A model generated the notes under the pieces. It did not search any database and had not been told where the DNA came from. It saw only the letters and a list, made by a program, of their open reading frames with translations. DNA of 64,000 bases, from contig CALREX010000003.1 in assembly GCA_943356465.1 (NCBI GenBank), positions 46,450 to 110,449 of the forward strand, in the 5' to 3' direction. Position numbers and translations under genes: made by a program. Origin of the DNA: Candidatus Peribacteria bacterium (GTDB lineage: Bacteria; Patescibacteriota; Gracilibacteria; UBA1369; LOWO2-01-FULL-3). Positions 27,434 through 36,991 of this stretch are shown here, one piece after another. Each line of letters starts with the position of its first letter. Position 1 is the first letter of the stretch.

Positions 27434-28174
27434 TTACATAAACATCACCATGGAAATCGCAGAAATCGCTGCAGTTTCCATTCTTAGCACGTTCTCCCCA
27501 AGCAAAAAGATTTTCGCACCATTAGCTTTCGCATCGGAGATTTCCTCGTCTGTAAGCCCTCCTTCAGGTCCAATAACAACACTCACGCCGACAGAGTCGG
27601 CCATATCTTTTCCGTAACTCTCACCTATCTCATTTTTCCCGCATAAATATTCACCAAGTTTTACATCATGTTGCCTCGCGTCACCGACCAAAACCTCCCC
27701 CTTTGGAAAATTATTCAAAAAATCTTTAAACAAAATTACATTATGTAGAAGGGGCAAAACACATCTCTCACTTTGCTCGGCCGCCTCACTGATAATAGAA
27801 AGAAATCTTGGTACATTCCTCATTTCCTTTACCTGACATCTACTGGTCACAATCGGAAAAATATCAGTCACGCCAATCTCTGTAGCTTTTTGTACAATCA
27901 ACTCCAGCGTCGCAGGTTTCTTCGACAAGGCTATATAAAGACTCACTTTTCGTCCATTTACAGGACAATAAGTGACTTTCGATAAAACAATAATCGCCTC
28001 CTTTTTCGAAACGACATCAAACACTCCATTTGCCTTTGCACCTTTACCATCAAGAAAAACACACTTATCCCCCACCTCAAATCTCATCACAGTTTTCATC
28101 TGATGAAGAAGCTCAGGATCTGTTATCACGATCTTTCCTTCCTTAAGTTCCTGATTTATAAAAAAATGTTGCAT
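27434..28174 (-). CDS. rsmE: 16S rRNA (uracil1498-N3)-methyltransferase RsmE
   Basis: 246 aa. HFFINQEL N-terminus with a PUA-like domain, and a C-terminal SPOUT motif VVIGPEGGLTDEE...LGENVLRMETA. Confidence 0.9.
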   Translation of the reverse strand: MQHFFINQELKEGKIVITDPELLHQMKTVMRFEVGDKCVFLDGKGAKANGVFDVVSKKEAIIVLSKVTYCPVNGRKVSLYIALSKKPATLELIVQKATEIGVTDIFPIVTSRCQVKEMRNVPRFLSIISEAAEQSERCVLPLLHNVILFKDFLNNFPKGEVLVGDARQHDVKLGEYLCGKNEIGESYGKDMADSVGVSVVIGPEGGLTDEEISDAKANGAKIFLLGENVLRMETAAISAISMVMFM

Positions 28175-28192
28175 GAAAACAATAATACAAAA

Positions 28193-29863
28193 CTAATACA
28201 CCTCCTTCAAATAACACTCTTCGCAATATACGATTTCCGGCCTCTGCTCGGTATAAACGCTCTTCATGTCTTTTCCGCATTTCATACAATTTCTATCAAA
28301 AAGTTTTCTTTGTGGACGTAGCGCAAGTCTCGCAAAATACCTGCAATCAGGACATTTTTTTGGAGCAGGAACTTTCATTTTTCGATAAAAATCGAGTTCG
28401 TGCTTCAAAATTTTATATCGTTTAGAACACTTTTCACACGTCAAAACTTTATCGCAAATATCATCACCTGTGTCGTTGATATTCTCAGGCACTTCAACCA
28501 AATTACCTGTAGTTGGCGCAGTAATCGCTTCTATTTCCTTCCATTTAAATCCACGTCTTAAAACCTCTTCCTTCGACAAAGGATAATACTCATTTGCCAC
28601 AGTTTCGTTGTAAGCATGTGGAGAAATAGTATGGGGAAAAAATTCACCCCACTCACCAGTTTTCCTCATATGCTCAATGATTTTAGGCACCAATGCCTCG
28701 TATTCTTCCTGCGGATATTGTTTATTAAAAATACAATATTTCTTATTTCTTAAACCAACACATCCAAAACAATTCTGTGATCCAAAACAAGATTCACAAT
28801 ATAAAAGATTATTAGAATTAAATACGTACAAACAAAAATTCACATTATAAGTCGTAATCGTACCAAGAACTTCATATGACAATTCCGGCTTCACATACAT
28901 GTTTGAACAATCCATCAAATCCTTGGTCTGCACACCGACTTGAACATATTTAGCATCTTCACTGTCAGAGACATCATAGCAATCTTCACAATTTTTAGAG
29001 TTCAACAAAAAATCTCCAGTACAATTTTCACAGTTTAAAACATTCGCATATTTATAAATTCTTTTTTTGCGCATTTCATCAAAATCCGCTATCACTTTTC
29101 GAAATTTCTCCGGCGAATTCAAAATGTCAGCAACCTTGTTTTCGTAGTCTGCTTGCGGAAATTTTTGATTTTCGAAATGATATTCTTTACCGACCAAATT
29201 CGTACACAAAAAACAATTTCTGCAATTTTTCAAATTATCACAAAACCAAGAATCGCTTGTATTCTGGGAATTATAAACATATCTACAGTTGTAACATTTC
29301 TCAACATTAAAACATTCGTAAATCAATTCACAGTCATACGCATACGAACAATCAACTGCATTTTTACACCTCTGAAGCAATTTCCCATACCAACAATCCT
29401 CGCAATATTCAGAGGAATTGATCAAATAACAATTTCTGCAATATCCTGTACCAGTAGTATAATCAGAGTTTTCATTATCCATCGCCATCATGCAGGCATG
29501 CGGAACATCAAGCTGAAGCATATGAAATTGCTCAAAAAATGGCTTACTAAAATCAAAATCACGACCATAATCCGTAGCGCTCCAGTCATCAGAAAACCAT
29601 TCCGCGATAGAAAAAACCCTATAATTCGACTCCGGAGAATAAACAGAAACCAAAGGTTTATTTGAAAGCGCCGAAGTGCGCCTATACAAATTATACTCAT
29701 TCCTATGCATAGTTCTCCTCATACACCGACAATCAGGACAAATAGTAGGGGCAGGAATATCAAAACGTTTTCCGCCAAAAATCGGTGAAACTTTTTCTAA
29801 AAATTTCAAATCCTTGTCAGTTATCTCAAATTTCAGACCACACTGTTTACAATTTTTTTCCAT
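28193..29863 (-). CDS. cysteine-rich multi-zinc-ribbon protein, paralog C
   Basis: ORF 28193..29914. The ATG at 29863 gives MEKNCKQCGLKFEI. Same architecture as A, with C-terminus ...CPDCRYF...RNCMKCGKDMKSVY...VYCEECYLKEVY. Confidence 0.85.
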   Translation of the reverse strand: MEKNCKQCGLKFEITDKDLKFLEKVSPIFGGKRFDIPAPTICPDCRCMRRTMHRNEYNLYRRTSALSNKPLVSVYSPESNYRVFSIAEWFSDDWSATDYGRDFDFSKPFFEQFHMLQLDVPHACMMAMDNENSDYTTGTGYCRNCYLINSSEYCEDCWYGKLLQRCKNAVDCSYAYDCELIYECFNVEKCYNCRYVYNSQNTSDSWFCDNLKNCRNCFLCTNLVGKEYHFENQKFPQADYENKVADILNSPEKFRKVIADFDEMRKKRIYKYANVLNCENCTGDFLLNSKNCEDCYDVSDSEDAKYVQVGVQTKDLMDCSNMYVKPELSYEVLGTITTYNVNFCLYVFNSNNLLYCESCFGSQNCFGCVGLRNKKYCIFNKQYPQEEYEALVPKIIEHMRKTGEWGEFFPHTISPHAYNETVANEYYPLSKEEVLRRGFKWKEIEAITAPTTGNLVEVPENINDTGDDICDKVLTCEKCSKRYKILKHELDFYRKMKVPAPKKCPDCRYFARLALRPQRKLFDRNCMKCGKDMKSVYTEQRPEIVYCEECYLKEVY

Positions 29864-29880
29864 ATAAAAATCATAACAAA

Positions 29881-31632
29881 CTAATACACTTCTTTCAAAT
29901 AACAATCCTCGCAATACACAATTTCCGGCCTACCTGGGGCATAAACACTCTTCACATCCTTGCCGCATTTCGCACATTTCCTATCACAAAGCCTGTAATA
30001 ATTATGAAATTTCAACCTGTCAAAATGCCTTTGATCAGGACAAATTCGTGGAATCGGCAGTTTCATTTTCTTATAAAATTTTAATTCCGAAGGAATAACT
30101 TTATAAGCCTTACCTGTCACTTCGCATTTCAAAATTTTCTCACAAATATCATCACCGACCTCTCGAATATCCGCAGGCGGCACGAAATAATCCCCTTCAC
30201 TCGCCATCTCGATCTTCTCATCGCGCCATGCACAACCAAGCTTAAGTGCTTGATCTTTACTCAATGGATAATATTCATGCGCAATCGTTTCATTATACGC
30301 AAAAGCAGAAACATCATACGGAAAAAATTCACCCCATTCTCGATTTTTAGGCTCGGTCTCGCTCGAACTGGCAAAGCCAGATTCTGCTTTAACCTGCGCG
30401 CTCGCGCCGTGCGCTCGCCCAATCCCCCCCATATGTTGAATAATCTTCGACACTAAAACTTCGTATTCCTCTTTTGAATATTGCTTATTAAAGACACAAT
30501 ATTTTTTATTTCTAAGCCCGACACAACCAAAAATATTATGACAATGATGACACTCCATCGAATAATATACATTACTCCCGTACCACGCATAAAAAAGCAT
30601 CATAGACATCTCCAAACCGACAGTCGAACACATACTATAACAAGATCTCACGCCATCAGGAGAACAAAAAGTTATATCACGGGAACCAAAGGAATTTGGC
30701 GTAAAATAGACATGATCACAATCCTCGGAATTTTTCGAATCAAAAGAATTCGTACAATTTTTACAATTATAAACACTTTCACCCGTACAATTTTCACTGC
30801 CAAAAATATGCGACGAAACATGTGGCAAAGTTTTCTTCAGCTCTTCCAATTTTCCACGCAACACCTCTATCTTTTCATTGGTCAAATATTCGTATTCTTT
30901 TTTTATTTCCGCATATTCTTCTTGAGAATACTGCTTATTAAACACACAAAATTCCTTTGCTCTAAGCCCGAAACATCCTATGCAATTTCTACACGACTGA
31001 CAATCTTCAATCATTATTGAGTCGCTGCAATTTCTACAATTCACAAAAAATTTACACGCATAACACATATCACTCGCAATCCCCTGATAACAAAGTTCGC
31101 CAGCATACAGAGTCAAATTATCCACACAGTCCTTGCTGAAAGAAACAAATTTTCCATACATACAATCTTCATTTTTTGCCGCACCAAACATCAAATAACA
31201 ATTTTTCTGTTCCAAAGCATAGTTTGTATAATAACTGTTTTCGCAATTTGTTGTATAAAGCGACATATGCGGAACATCTCGGTACAAAGCCTTAAACTGC
31301 TCTGCAAAAGTTTTCGAAAAATCAAAATCTCGTCCATACTTCAATTCATCCCATTTGTCACTCCACCACGCTTCTTGATCATAAACCTTGAAAGCTTTAT
31401 CAGGAGAATATGTGGAAATAATTTGTTTATCAGTCAGATCACATTTTCTCGCATAAAGTTTACGTTCATTCCTAAAAGAAAGATGCCTCTGATGCTTACA
31501 ATCATGACAAAAATCTGAAACAGGAATAGAAAATTTCCTACCATCAAAAACAGGAGAAATTTTTTCCAAAAACTTCAAATCCTCATCTGTCACTTCAAAC
31601 TTTTCACCACACTGTTTACACATTTTTTCCAT
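29881..31632 (-). CDS. cysteine-rich multi-zinc-ribbon protein, paralog D
   Basis: ORF 29881..31638 starts at a TTG; the ATG at 31632 gives MEKMCKQCGEKFEV. Same architecture, and it carries the GC-rich GRAHGAS... insertion. Confidence 0.85.
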   Translation of the reverse strand: MEKMCKQCGEKFEVTDEDLKFLEKISPVFDGRKFSIPVSDFCHDCKHQRHLSFRNERKLYARKCDLTDKQIISTYSPDKAFKVYDQEAWWSDKWDELKYGRDFDFSKTFAEQFKALYRDVPHMSLYTTNCENSYYTNYALEQKNCYLMFGAAKNEDCMYGKFVSFSKDCVDNLTLYAGELCYQGIASDMCYACKFFVNCRNCSDSIMIEDCQSCRNCIGCFGLRAKEFCVFNKQYSQEEYAEIKKEYEYLTNEKIEVLRGKLEELKKTLPHVSSHIFGSENCTGESVYNCKNCTNSFDSKNSEDCDHVYFTPNSFGSRDITFCSPDGVRSCYSMCSTVGLEMSMMLFYAWYGSNVYYSMECHHCHNIFGCVGLRNKKYCVFNKQYSKEEYEVLVSKIIQHMGGIGRAHGASAQVKAESGFASSSETEPKNREWGEFFPYDVSAFAYNETIAHEYYPLSKDQALKLGCAWRDEKIEMASEGDYFVPPADIREVGDDICEKILKCEVTGKAYKVIPSELKFYKKMKLPIPRICPDQRHFDRLKFHNYYRLCDRKCAKCGKDVKSVYAPGRPEIVYCEDCYLKEVY

Positions 31633-31643
31633 AATCAATAAAA

Positions 31644-34193
31644 TTATTTCTTTAAACTAAACAAATCAAAAAATTTCCAAAACATTCCACCTGCAAAACC
31701 TAATGCCGCAACTATCAAAAAATGTGTGACGGAAATCATTTCAAATCTAAACATACTTCTTACAGAGGAAATATAAACAGAAGAAATCAATACAAAAATC
31801 ACACCAATAACAACATACCAAAGTGCAGTATTTTTATTTTTAAAAATTTTTAGAATTGAACGCCCAAAAGATCTATTTATAAAAATAAGCCCGATATTGG
31901 AGGAAATAAACGCAATATAGGTAAGAGTTCTGGAATAAGCATCAGAAAACCCGCTAGACAATGCTACATCAAAAATAATAGATATAACAACAAGAGAAAT
32001 AAGTCCTTGGAAAAAACTTCTTAGAAGTAAATGCCCGCTAAAAAGCGGCGCCAAAGGATTCCTCGGCATACGCAACATTATATCATCTTCTTCTTTCTCA
32101 GCTTCAAAAACAATCGAACAAACAGGATCAATAATAAGCTCAAGAAAAACAACATGCACCGGATAAAGAATAATAGGCCAATTCAAAAGGACAGGCAAAA
32201 GAGCAAGTCCAGCAATAGGCACATGAATACTGACAATATAGGCCATCGCCTTCTTAATATTATCAAAAATACGACGTCCCATTCTAACAGCGGCAACAAT
32301 TGAATTAAAATCATCTCGTAAAAGAACAAGATCAGAAGATTCTCTGGCAGTATCAGTTCCTCTTTCTCCCATGGCAATACCGATATGAGCAGCCTTAATA
32401 GCAGGAGCATCATTTACTCCATCACCAGTCATCGCTACAATTTCTCCATCTCTTTTAAGAGCCTGAACAATAAGAAGTTTTTGTTCAGGAACAACACGAG
32501 CAAAAACATTAACATTTTTGATCTTTTCAGCAAGTTCATCAGCAGACATTTTTTCAAGTTCGACACCTGTAATAATATTTTCTGGATTCTTTAGTCCAAT
32601 TTGTTCCGCAATATTTCTTGCAGTAATAGGATAGTCCCCTGTAATCATAATCACACGAATACCAGCTTTATAACATTCAACTATAGCTGGAGCAACAGCA
32701 CCACGTACAGGATCAACAAGTCCCACAAGTCCCAAAAATTCAAAATCAAAATCATGCTGAGATATAGGCAAATTATTATTTTTATAGACAGCTTTCGCAA
32801 CGCCTAAAACACGAAGTCCTTTTGCTGCCATGTCCTCTATCTTTCCCTTCAAAGCCTTTTGCTTTCTTTGTGATAAATGACAAAGATCAAAAATCGACTC
32901 TGGCGCACCCTTCGCCGCCACAAGATAAAACTTTTCACCGGCATCTTTATATACATGAGAAAGCGCAAGAAGCTCTCTAGACAAAGGATATTCTTTTAAC
33001 AAGCTCCATTCCTCATGTAAATGCTCAGTGTTTTTTAATTTTATATCTCCGAGTTCACGAAATGCCTTTTCCATAGGATCAAAAGGATCTTTCTTACTTG
33101 CCAAAATAGCATACTCAATAATTTCATGAAAATATTCAGGCAAAGATTTTTTTTTATTTTCAGCAACATCATAATTTCTTCCATCAACAAAAATCTCCTG
33201 AATAGACATTTTATTTTGAGTAAGCGTACCAGTTTTATCCACACAAAGAACAGTCGCAGCGCCTAAAATTTCAACAGCCGCAATCTTTCTTGTAAGAACA
33301 TGTTTTTTTGAAATTCTCCAAGCTCCAATAGCCAAAAACACAGTAAAAACAACAGAAAACTCTTCGGGCAAAAGAGAGATTGCAACTGTAATTCCATATA
33401 AAAATCCATTTAAAATTTGACCATTCCACAGAATAAAAGCCGATACAATAACAATAAGAATTACTACAGCAAAAATAAAAAACAAACGAACAAGTCTAAT
33501 TGTTTCTTTTTGCAAAACAGTTTTTTCTTGAACAATTGACAATATAGACTTCCCTATCTTCCCAATTTCAGTAGCAAGTCCAACCGAAAAAACCTTTGCA
33601 ACAGCTTGTCCACCAACAACCATACTTCCGGAAAAAACACATGGATGATCATTTCCACCAGGACGTTCACATCGAACATTTTCCTTTTCCATAGCCAATT
33701 TTCGAACAGGGACAGATTCTCCGGTCAAAAGAGATTCGTCAACCAAAAGATTCATCTCCCATATGACAGTAGCATCAGCAGGCACACGATCTCCTTCATT
33801 CAAAATAATAATATCATCAACAACAACTTCACGTCCCGCAATACGCATTCTTTCACCATCACGAATAACAAGCGCCCTTGGACTTGAAAGATCACGAAGA
33901 GAAGTAAGCGCCTTTTCAGTTTTGTTTTCTTGATAAATAGTAATTCCAACCACAACAAAAATACTGAAAGACAAAAATATTGCCTCTTTTATATTTCCAA
34001 GTAACAAATAAATAGCTCCACAAGCCACAAGGAGCGAAATCATAGGCTCCTTAATAATACCAAAAATAATCAAAAAAATACTTCTCTTCTTCGACGAAGG
34101 AAGCTCATTATAACCATGTTTTTTCAAGCTCTGCGCAACTTCACTAGCAGTAAGCCCCGTAAGTTTCTGAACTTGAGCTTCAGATAATTTCAT
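31644..34193 (-). CDS. cation-transporting P-type ATPase (P2-like, Ca2+/Mg2+-type)
   Basis: 849 aa. TGESVPV, phosphorylation motif CVDKTGTLTQN, hinge MTGDGVNDAPAIK, and about 10 TM segments. Confidence 0.93.
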   Translation of the reverse strand: MKLSEAQVQKLTGLTASEVAQSLKKHGYNELPSSKKRSIFLIIFGIIKEPMISLLVACGAIYLLLGNIKEAIFLSFSIFVVVGITIYQENKTEKALTSLRDLSSPRALVIRDGERMRIAGREVVVDDIIILNEGDRVPADATVIWEMNLLVDESLLTGESVPVRKLAMEKENVRCERPGGNDHPCVFSGSMVVGGQAVAKVFSVGLATEIGKIGKSILSIVQEKTVLQKETIRLVRLFFIFAVVILIVIVSAFILWNGQILNGFLYGITVAISLLPEEFSVVFTVFLAIGAWRISKKHVLTRKIAAVEILGAATVLCVDKTGTLTQNKMSIQEIFVDGRNYDVAENKKKSLPEYFHEIIEYAILASKKDPFDPMEKAFRELGDIKLKNTEHLHEEWSLLKEYPLSRELLALSHVYKDAGEKFYLVAAKGAPESIFDLCHLSQRKQKALKGKIEDMAAKGLRVLGVAKAVYKNNNLPISQHDFDFEFLGLVGLVDPVRGAVAPAIVECYKAGIRVIMITGDYPITARNIAEQIGLKNPENIITGVELEKMSADELAEKIKNVNVFARVVPEQKLLIVQALKRDGEIVAMTGDGVNDAPAIKAAHIGIAMGERGTDTARESSDLVLLRDDFNSIVAAVRMGRRIFDNIKKAMAYIVSIHVPIAGLALLPVLLNWPIILYPVHVVFLELIIDPVCSIVFEAEKEEDDIMLRMPRNPLAPLFSGHLLLRSFFQGLISLVVISIIFDVALSSGFSDAYSRTLTYIAFISSNIGLIFINRSFGRSILKIFKNKNTALWYVVIGVIFVLISSVYISSVRSMFRFEMISVTHFLIVAALGFAGGMFWKFFDLFSLKK

Positions 34194-34219
34194 AATAACA
34201 ATAGAATTAAATCACTATT

Positions 34220-34954
34220 TTAACGATTCTCATACTTCAGCGGCGCTTTAGAAACGACAAAAGAATAAGAAGCAATTTTCTTACCTTTTTCAAATAATTT
34301 ATCAAGATTATAGTCAAATTTTGCCTCGGAATTCTTCCAGATTTCCAAAGAATTAAATTTTAACAAATCATCGTAATTATTTGTTTTATAATCTGCGGTA
34401 ACATAATAAGTTTTTGCAATCCCACCGCCGCACTTATAAACATCTTCATAATAAACCCCAAAAGGATAAGCAATATGGTCATACCCACAATACCTGCCGC
34501 TTATCAAAGATCCTTTAACCTCAAGCCCATCAAGTCCAAGAATCTTTCCGGCAAAATCCCCATCTTTAGGCGGCAATTCTTCAACATAAATATTAAAAAT
34601 TACATCCAAATGCTTATCTCCATAGGACAGATAGTTAATTCCGGCTGTACCACGAATTTTTCCATCACCGGAAACATAACTTATATAAGTCTTGTCATAT
34701 TTTTTCAAAGGATCATCAGATGGGACAGCAACAACATTAGGCGAAACAATAGGCTTGGAATCATCAACCTTATTAACAGTGTCGCCGGCAGGAACAAAAT
34801 TATCTTTTACATTAATTTTATCAATTTCAGCTTCAGAAGACGGTGCCTCAACAGTTTTTCTGAAAAAGAAAAACACAGCTACAGCAATAAACAATAATAT
34901 AAAAATTAAAATAAAGATCTTAAAACCTTTATTTTCTGACTTTTGTTCAGCCAT
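34220..34954 (-). CDS. hypothetical membrane-anchored protein
   Basis: 244 aa with an N-terminal anchor FKIFILIFILLFIAVAVFFFF and no recognisable domain. Confidence 0.65.
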   Translation of the reverse strand: MAEQKSENKGFKIFILIFILLFIAVAVFFFFRKTVEAPSSEAEIDKINVKDNFVPAGDTVNKVDDSKPIVSPNVVAVPSDDPLKKYDKTYISYVSGDGKIRGTAGINYLSYGDKHLDVIFNIYVEELPPKDGDFAGKILGLDGLEVKGSLISGRYCGYDHIAYPFGVYYEDVYKCGGGIAKTYYVTADYKTNNYDDLLKFNSLEIWKNSEAKFDYNLDKLFEKGKKIASYSFVVSKAPLKYENR

Positions 34955-34995
34955 AATTAAAAAATTTAAAGATATAACAATAATATTTTACCAGC

Positions 34996-35030
34996 AAAAA
35001 AAAATAGAGCCAGCGTTTTACCGCAGGCTC
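34996..35030 (-). terminator. rho-independent terminator of the RRM protein gene
   Basis: On the minus strand, gagcc-tgcggtaaaacgct-ggctc (35030 down to 35007) is followed by a T-run, seen as the A-run 34996-35004 on +. Confidence 0.6.
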
Positions 35031-35060
35031 CATCCATATGATTCTTAAAAATCGATAACT

Positions 35061-35411
35061 TTAGAAACTATTTCTGTCTCCTGAGTCTCTCCTTCTAAAA
35101 CCTCCACCTCCGAATCCACCTCCTCCGAAACCTCCACCACCTGTTCTTCTTGGTGGTCGATCTTCCATTGGACGAGCTTCGTTAACAACGAGCTTTCTTC
35201 CTTCCATCTCATTGCCATTCCACATTTCGATAGCTTTTTGAGCTTCTTCTTCTGTGGACATTTCGACGAATCCAAAACCTTTGGATCTGCCTGAAAATTT
35301 GTCAGCGATTACAGCTGCTGATTCAACAGTTCCTGCCTGCGCAAATGCAGTGCGAAGAGATTCTTCTGTTGCTGTGTAAGGTAGATTCCCTACGTATAAT
35401 TTCTTTCCCAT
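35061..35411 (-). CDS. RRM-type RNA-binding protein with Gly-rich tail
   Basis: The ATG at 35411 gives MGKKLYVGNLPY (RNP-2) and KGFGFVEM (RNP-1), with a C-terminal GGGGFGGGGFGGGGFRRR. Confidence 0.9.
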   Translation of the reverse strand: MGKKLYVGNLPYTATEESLRTAFAQAGTVESAAVIADKFSGRSKGFGFVEMSTEEEAQKAIEMWNGNEMEGRKLVVNEARPMEDRPPRRTGGGGFGGGGFGGGGFRRRDSGDRNSF

Positions 35412-35521
35412 AACGGTGATTAAAAAATAACAAAAGGATTTTGCTCTCAACCAAAGCAGAAGTCAATAGAAGATTTGACAAACACGACAATTGTGAACGA
35501 AATAAATCCTCTAAGACTAGT

Positions 35522-35923
35522 TTATTTCTCAGTGGTTACGCCGTCAAAATGTTCATCATCACTTGTAGCTTCCTCCTTTGTCACATGAACAACTCCATCA
35601 CGATGATGAGCCGGAGAATATATAGTATAAAGCTTAAGAGGCTCGGAATCAGACATATTTATAACATTATGTTGAGATCTTGAAGGTACTATTATAGCAT
35701 CTCCATCTGACACATCGTATTCATTTCCATCAATAATCACCTTGCCGACACCTTTTTCAAAACGAAAAAATTGATCACTATTTTCATGCACCTCCATCCC
35801 AATTTCCTCAGCAGGCTTAAGACTCATAGCGACAATTTGGCTATGTTCTGCGGTATAAAGCACTTTTCTGAAATTCTCATTTTCAAGAGTGATTTTTTCT
35901 ATTGAACCTTTATATCCTTTCAT
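35522..35923 (-). CDS. cupin domain protein
   Basis: 133 aa. GMEVHENSDQFFRFEKGVGKVIIDGNEY...GDAIIVPSRSQHNVIN is a two-motif cupin signature. Confidence 0.8.
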   Translation of the reverse strand: MKGYKGSIEKITLENENFRKVLYTAEHSQIVAMSLKPAEEIGMEVHENSDQFFRFEKGVGKVIIDGNEYDVSDGDAIIVPSRSQHNVINMSDSEPLKLYTIYSPAHHRDGVVHVTKEEATSDDEHFDGVTTEK

Positions 35924-35937
35924 ATTTTTAAAATTAG

Positions 35938-36858
35938 TTATATTTTCTTCGGAAATATCACAGACAGAATAAGAGAAACAGATAATGCAAACAAGATTAC
36001 CAAAAGAGAAGTTACGGAAGAAATATGAATATCAATAATACCGGCAAGCATTTTAAGTCCTATAAAAATAAGAATAAAAGACAACCCTTTTTGCAAATGA
36101 TGAAATTTATGCAGAATATTTTCAATCAAGAAAAACATAGCCCTAAGCCCCATGACAGCAAAAATATTTGAAGTAAAAACAATAAAAGGGCTTTGAGAAA
36201 TAGAAAAAGTAGCCGGAATAGAATCAACAGCAAAAATTATATCGGTAGTTTCAACAAGAATCATAATCATAAAAAGAAGAGTGAAATACTTCTTACCATT
36301 TTCTTTCGCAATAAATTGTCCATTGTGAGGACTCGGAGTAAATCGCAAAAATCTTCTGGCAAGTCTAACAATTTTGCTGTTTTCAAAATCGGCATGTTCC
36401 TCCTTCTTATCGGCAAAAAGTTTAATTCCGGTATAAACAAGTAAAATTCCAAAAACATACAAAACCCAATAAAACTGATGAATTATTACAGAACCGGCAG
36501 TAATAAAAATTCCTCTAAAAACAACTGCGCCCAAAATCCCCCAAAACAAAACTTTATGATGATATTTTTCATCAAGACTGAAAAAACTGAATATCAACAT
36601 AATGACAAAAAGATTATCCATCGACAACATTTCTTCTGTTAAATAAGCACTCACAAATTGAGCAAACATTTCATGCCCTATAAAAATAAAAATCAAAGAC
36701 GAAAAACCAAGAGAAATCAAAACCCAAAAAACAGTTTGAACAAGAGCTGACTTAGGTCCTATCTTATGAGGATTTCTGTTGAAATATCCCAGGTCCACTA
36801 CCAAAAACACAACCATTATAGCGACAAAAACAATCCATAAATAATTTTGTGCAGTCAT
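35938..36858 (-). CDS. TerC family integral membrane protein
   Basis: 306 aa. SMDNLFVIMLIF and ETTDIIFAVDSIPA are TerC hallmarks. Confidence 0.88.
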   Translation of the reverse strand: MTAQNYLWIVFVAIMVVFLVVDLGYFNRNPHKIGPKSALVQTVFWVLISLGFSSLIFIFIGHEMFAQFVSAYLTEEMLSMDNLFVIMLIFSFFSLDEKYHHKVLFWGILGAVVFRGIFITAGSVIIHQFYWVLYVFGILLVYTGIKLFADKKEEHADFENSKIVRLARRFLRFTPSPHNGQFIAKENGKKYFTLLFMIMILVETTDIIFAVDSIPATFSISQSPFIVFTSNIFAVMGLRAMFFLIENILHKFHHLQKGLSFILIFIGLKMLAGIIDIHISSVTSLLVILFALSVSLILSVIFPKKI

Positions 36859-36991
36859 ATTATTTCGACTCTAAAGGAAAAAATTTTTTTCTGCAAATAA
36901 AACACAAAAATAAATTACATTTTTACTTAAAAAACTCTTGTATTTTTTTTAAATAAGACCTATGTTTTTCATAAATATATAACAACCACAA

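Noticed and set aside
27285-27617. Track ORF 27285..27617 (+), 110 aa.
   Set aside because: It begins inside the 28-bp inverted repeat and runs antisense into rsmE. It has no motif and is explained by the repeat element plus shadowing of rsmE.
36859-36991. A yybP-ykoY (Mn2+) riboswitch upstream of the TerC-family gene.
   Set aside because: The 133-nt upstream spacer is almost pure A/T, with none of the conserved G-rich four-way-junction sequences.
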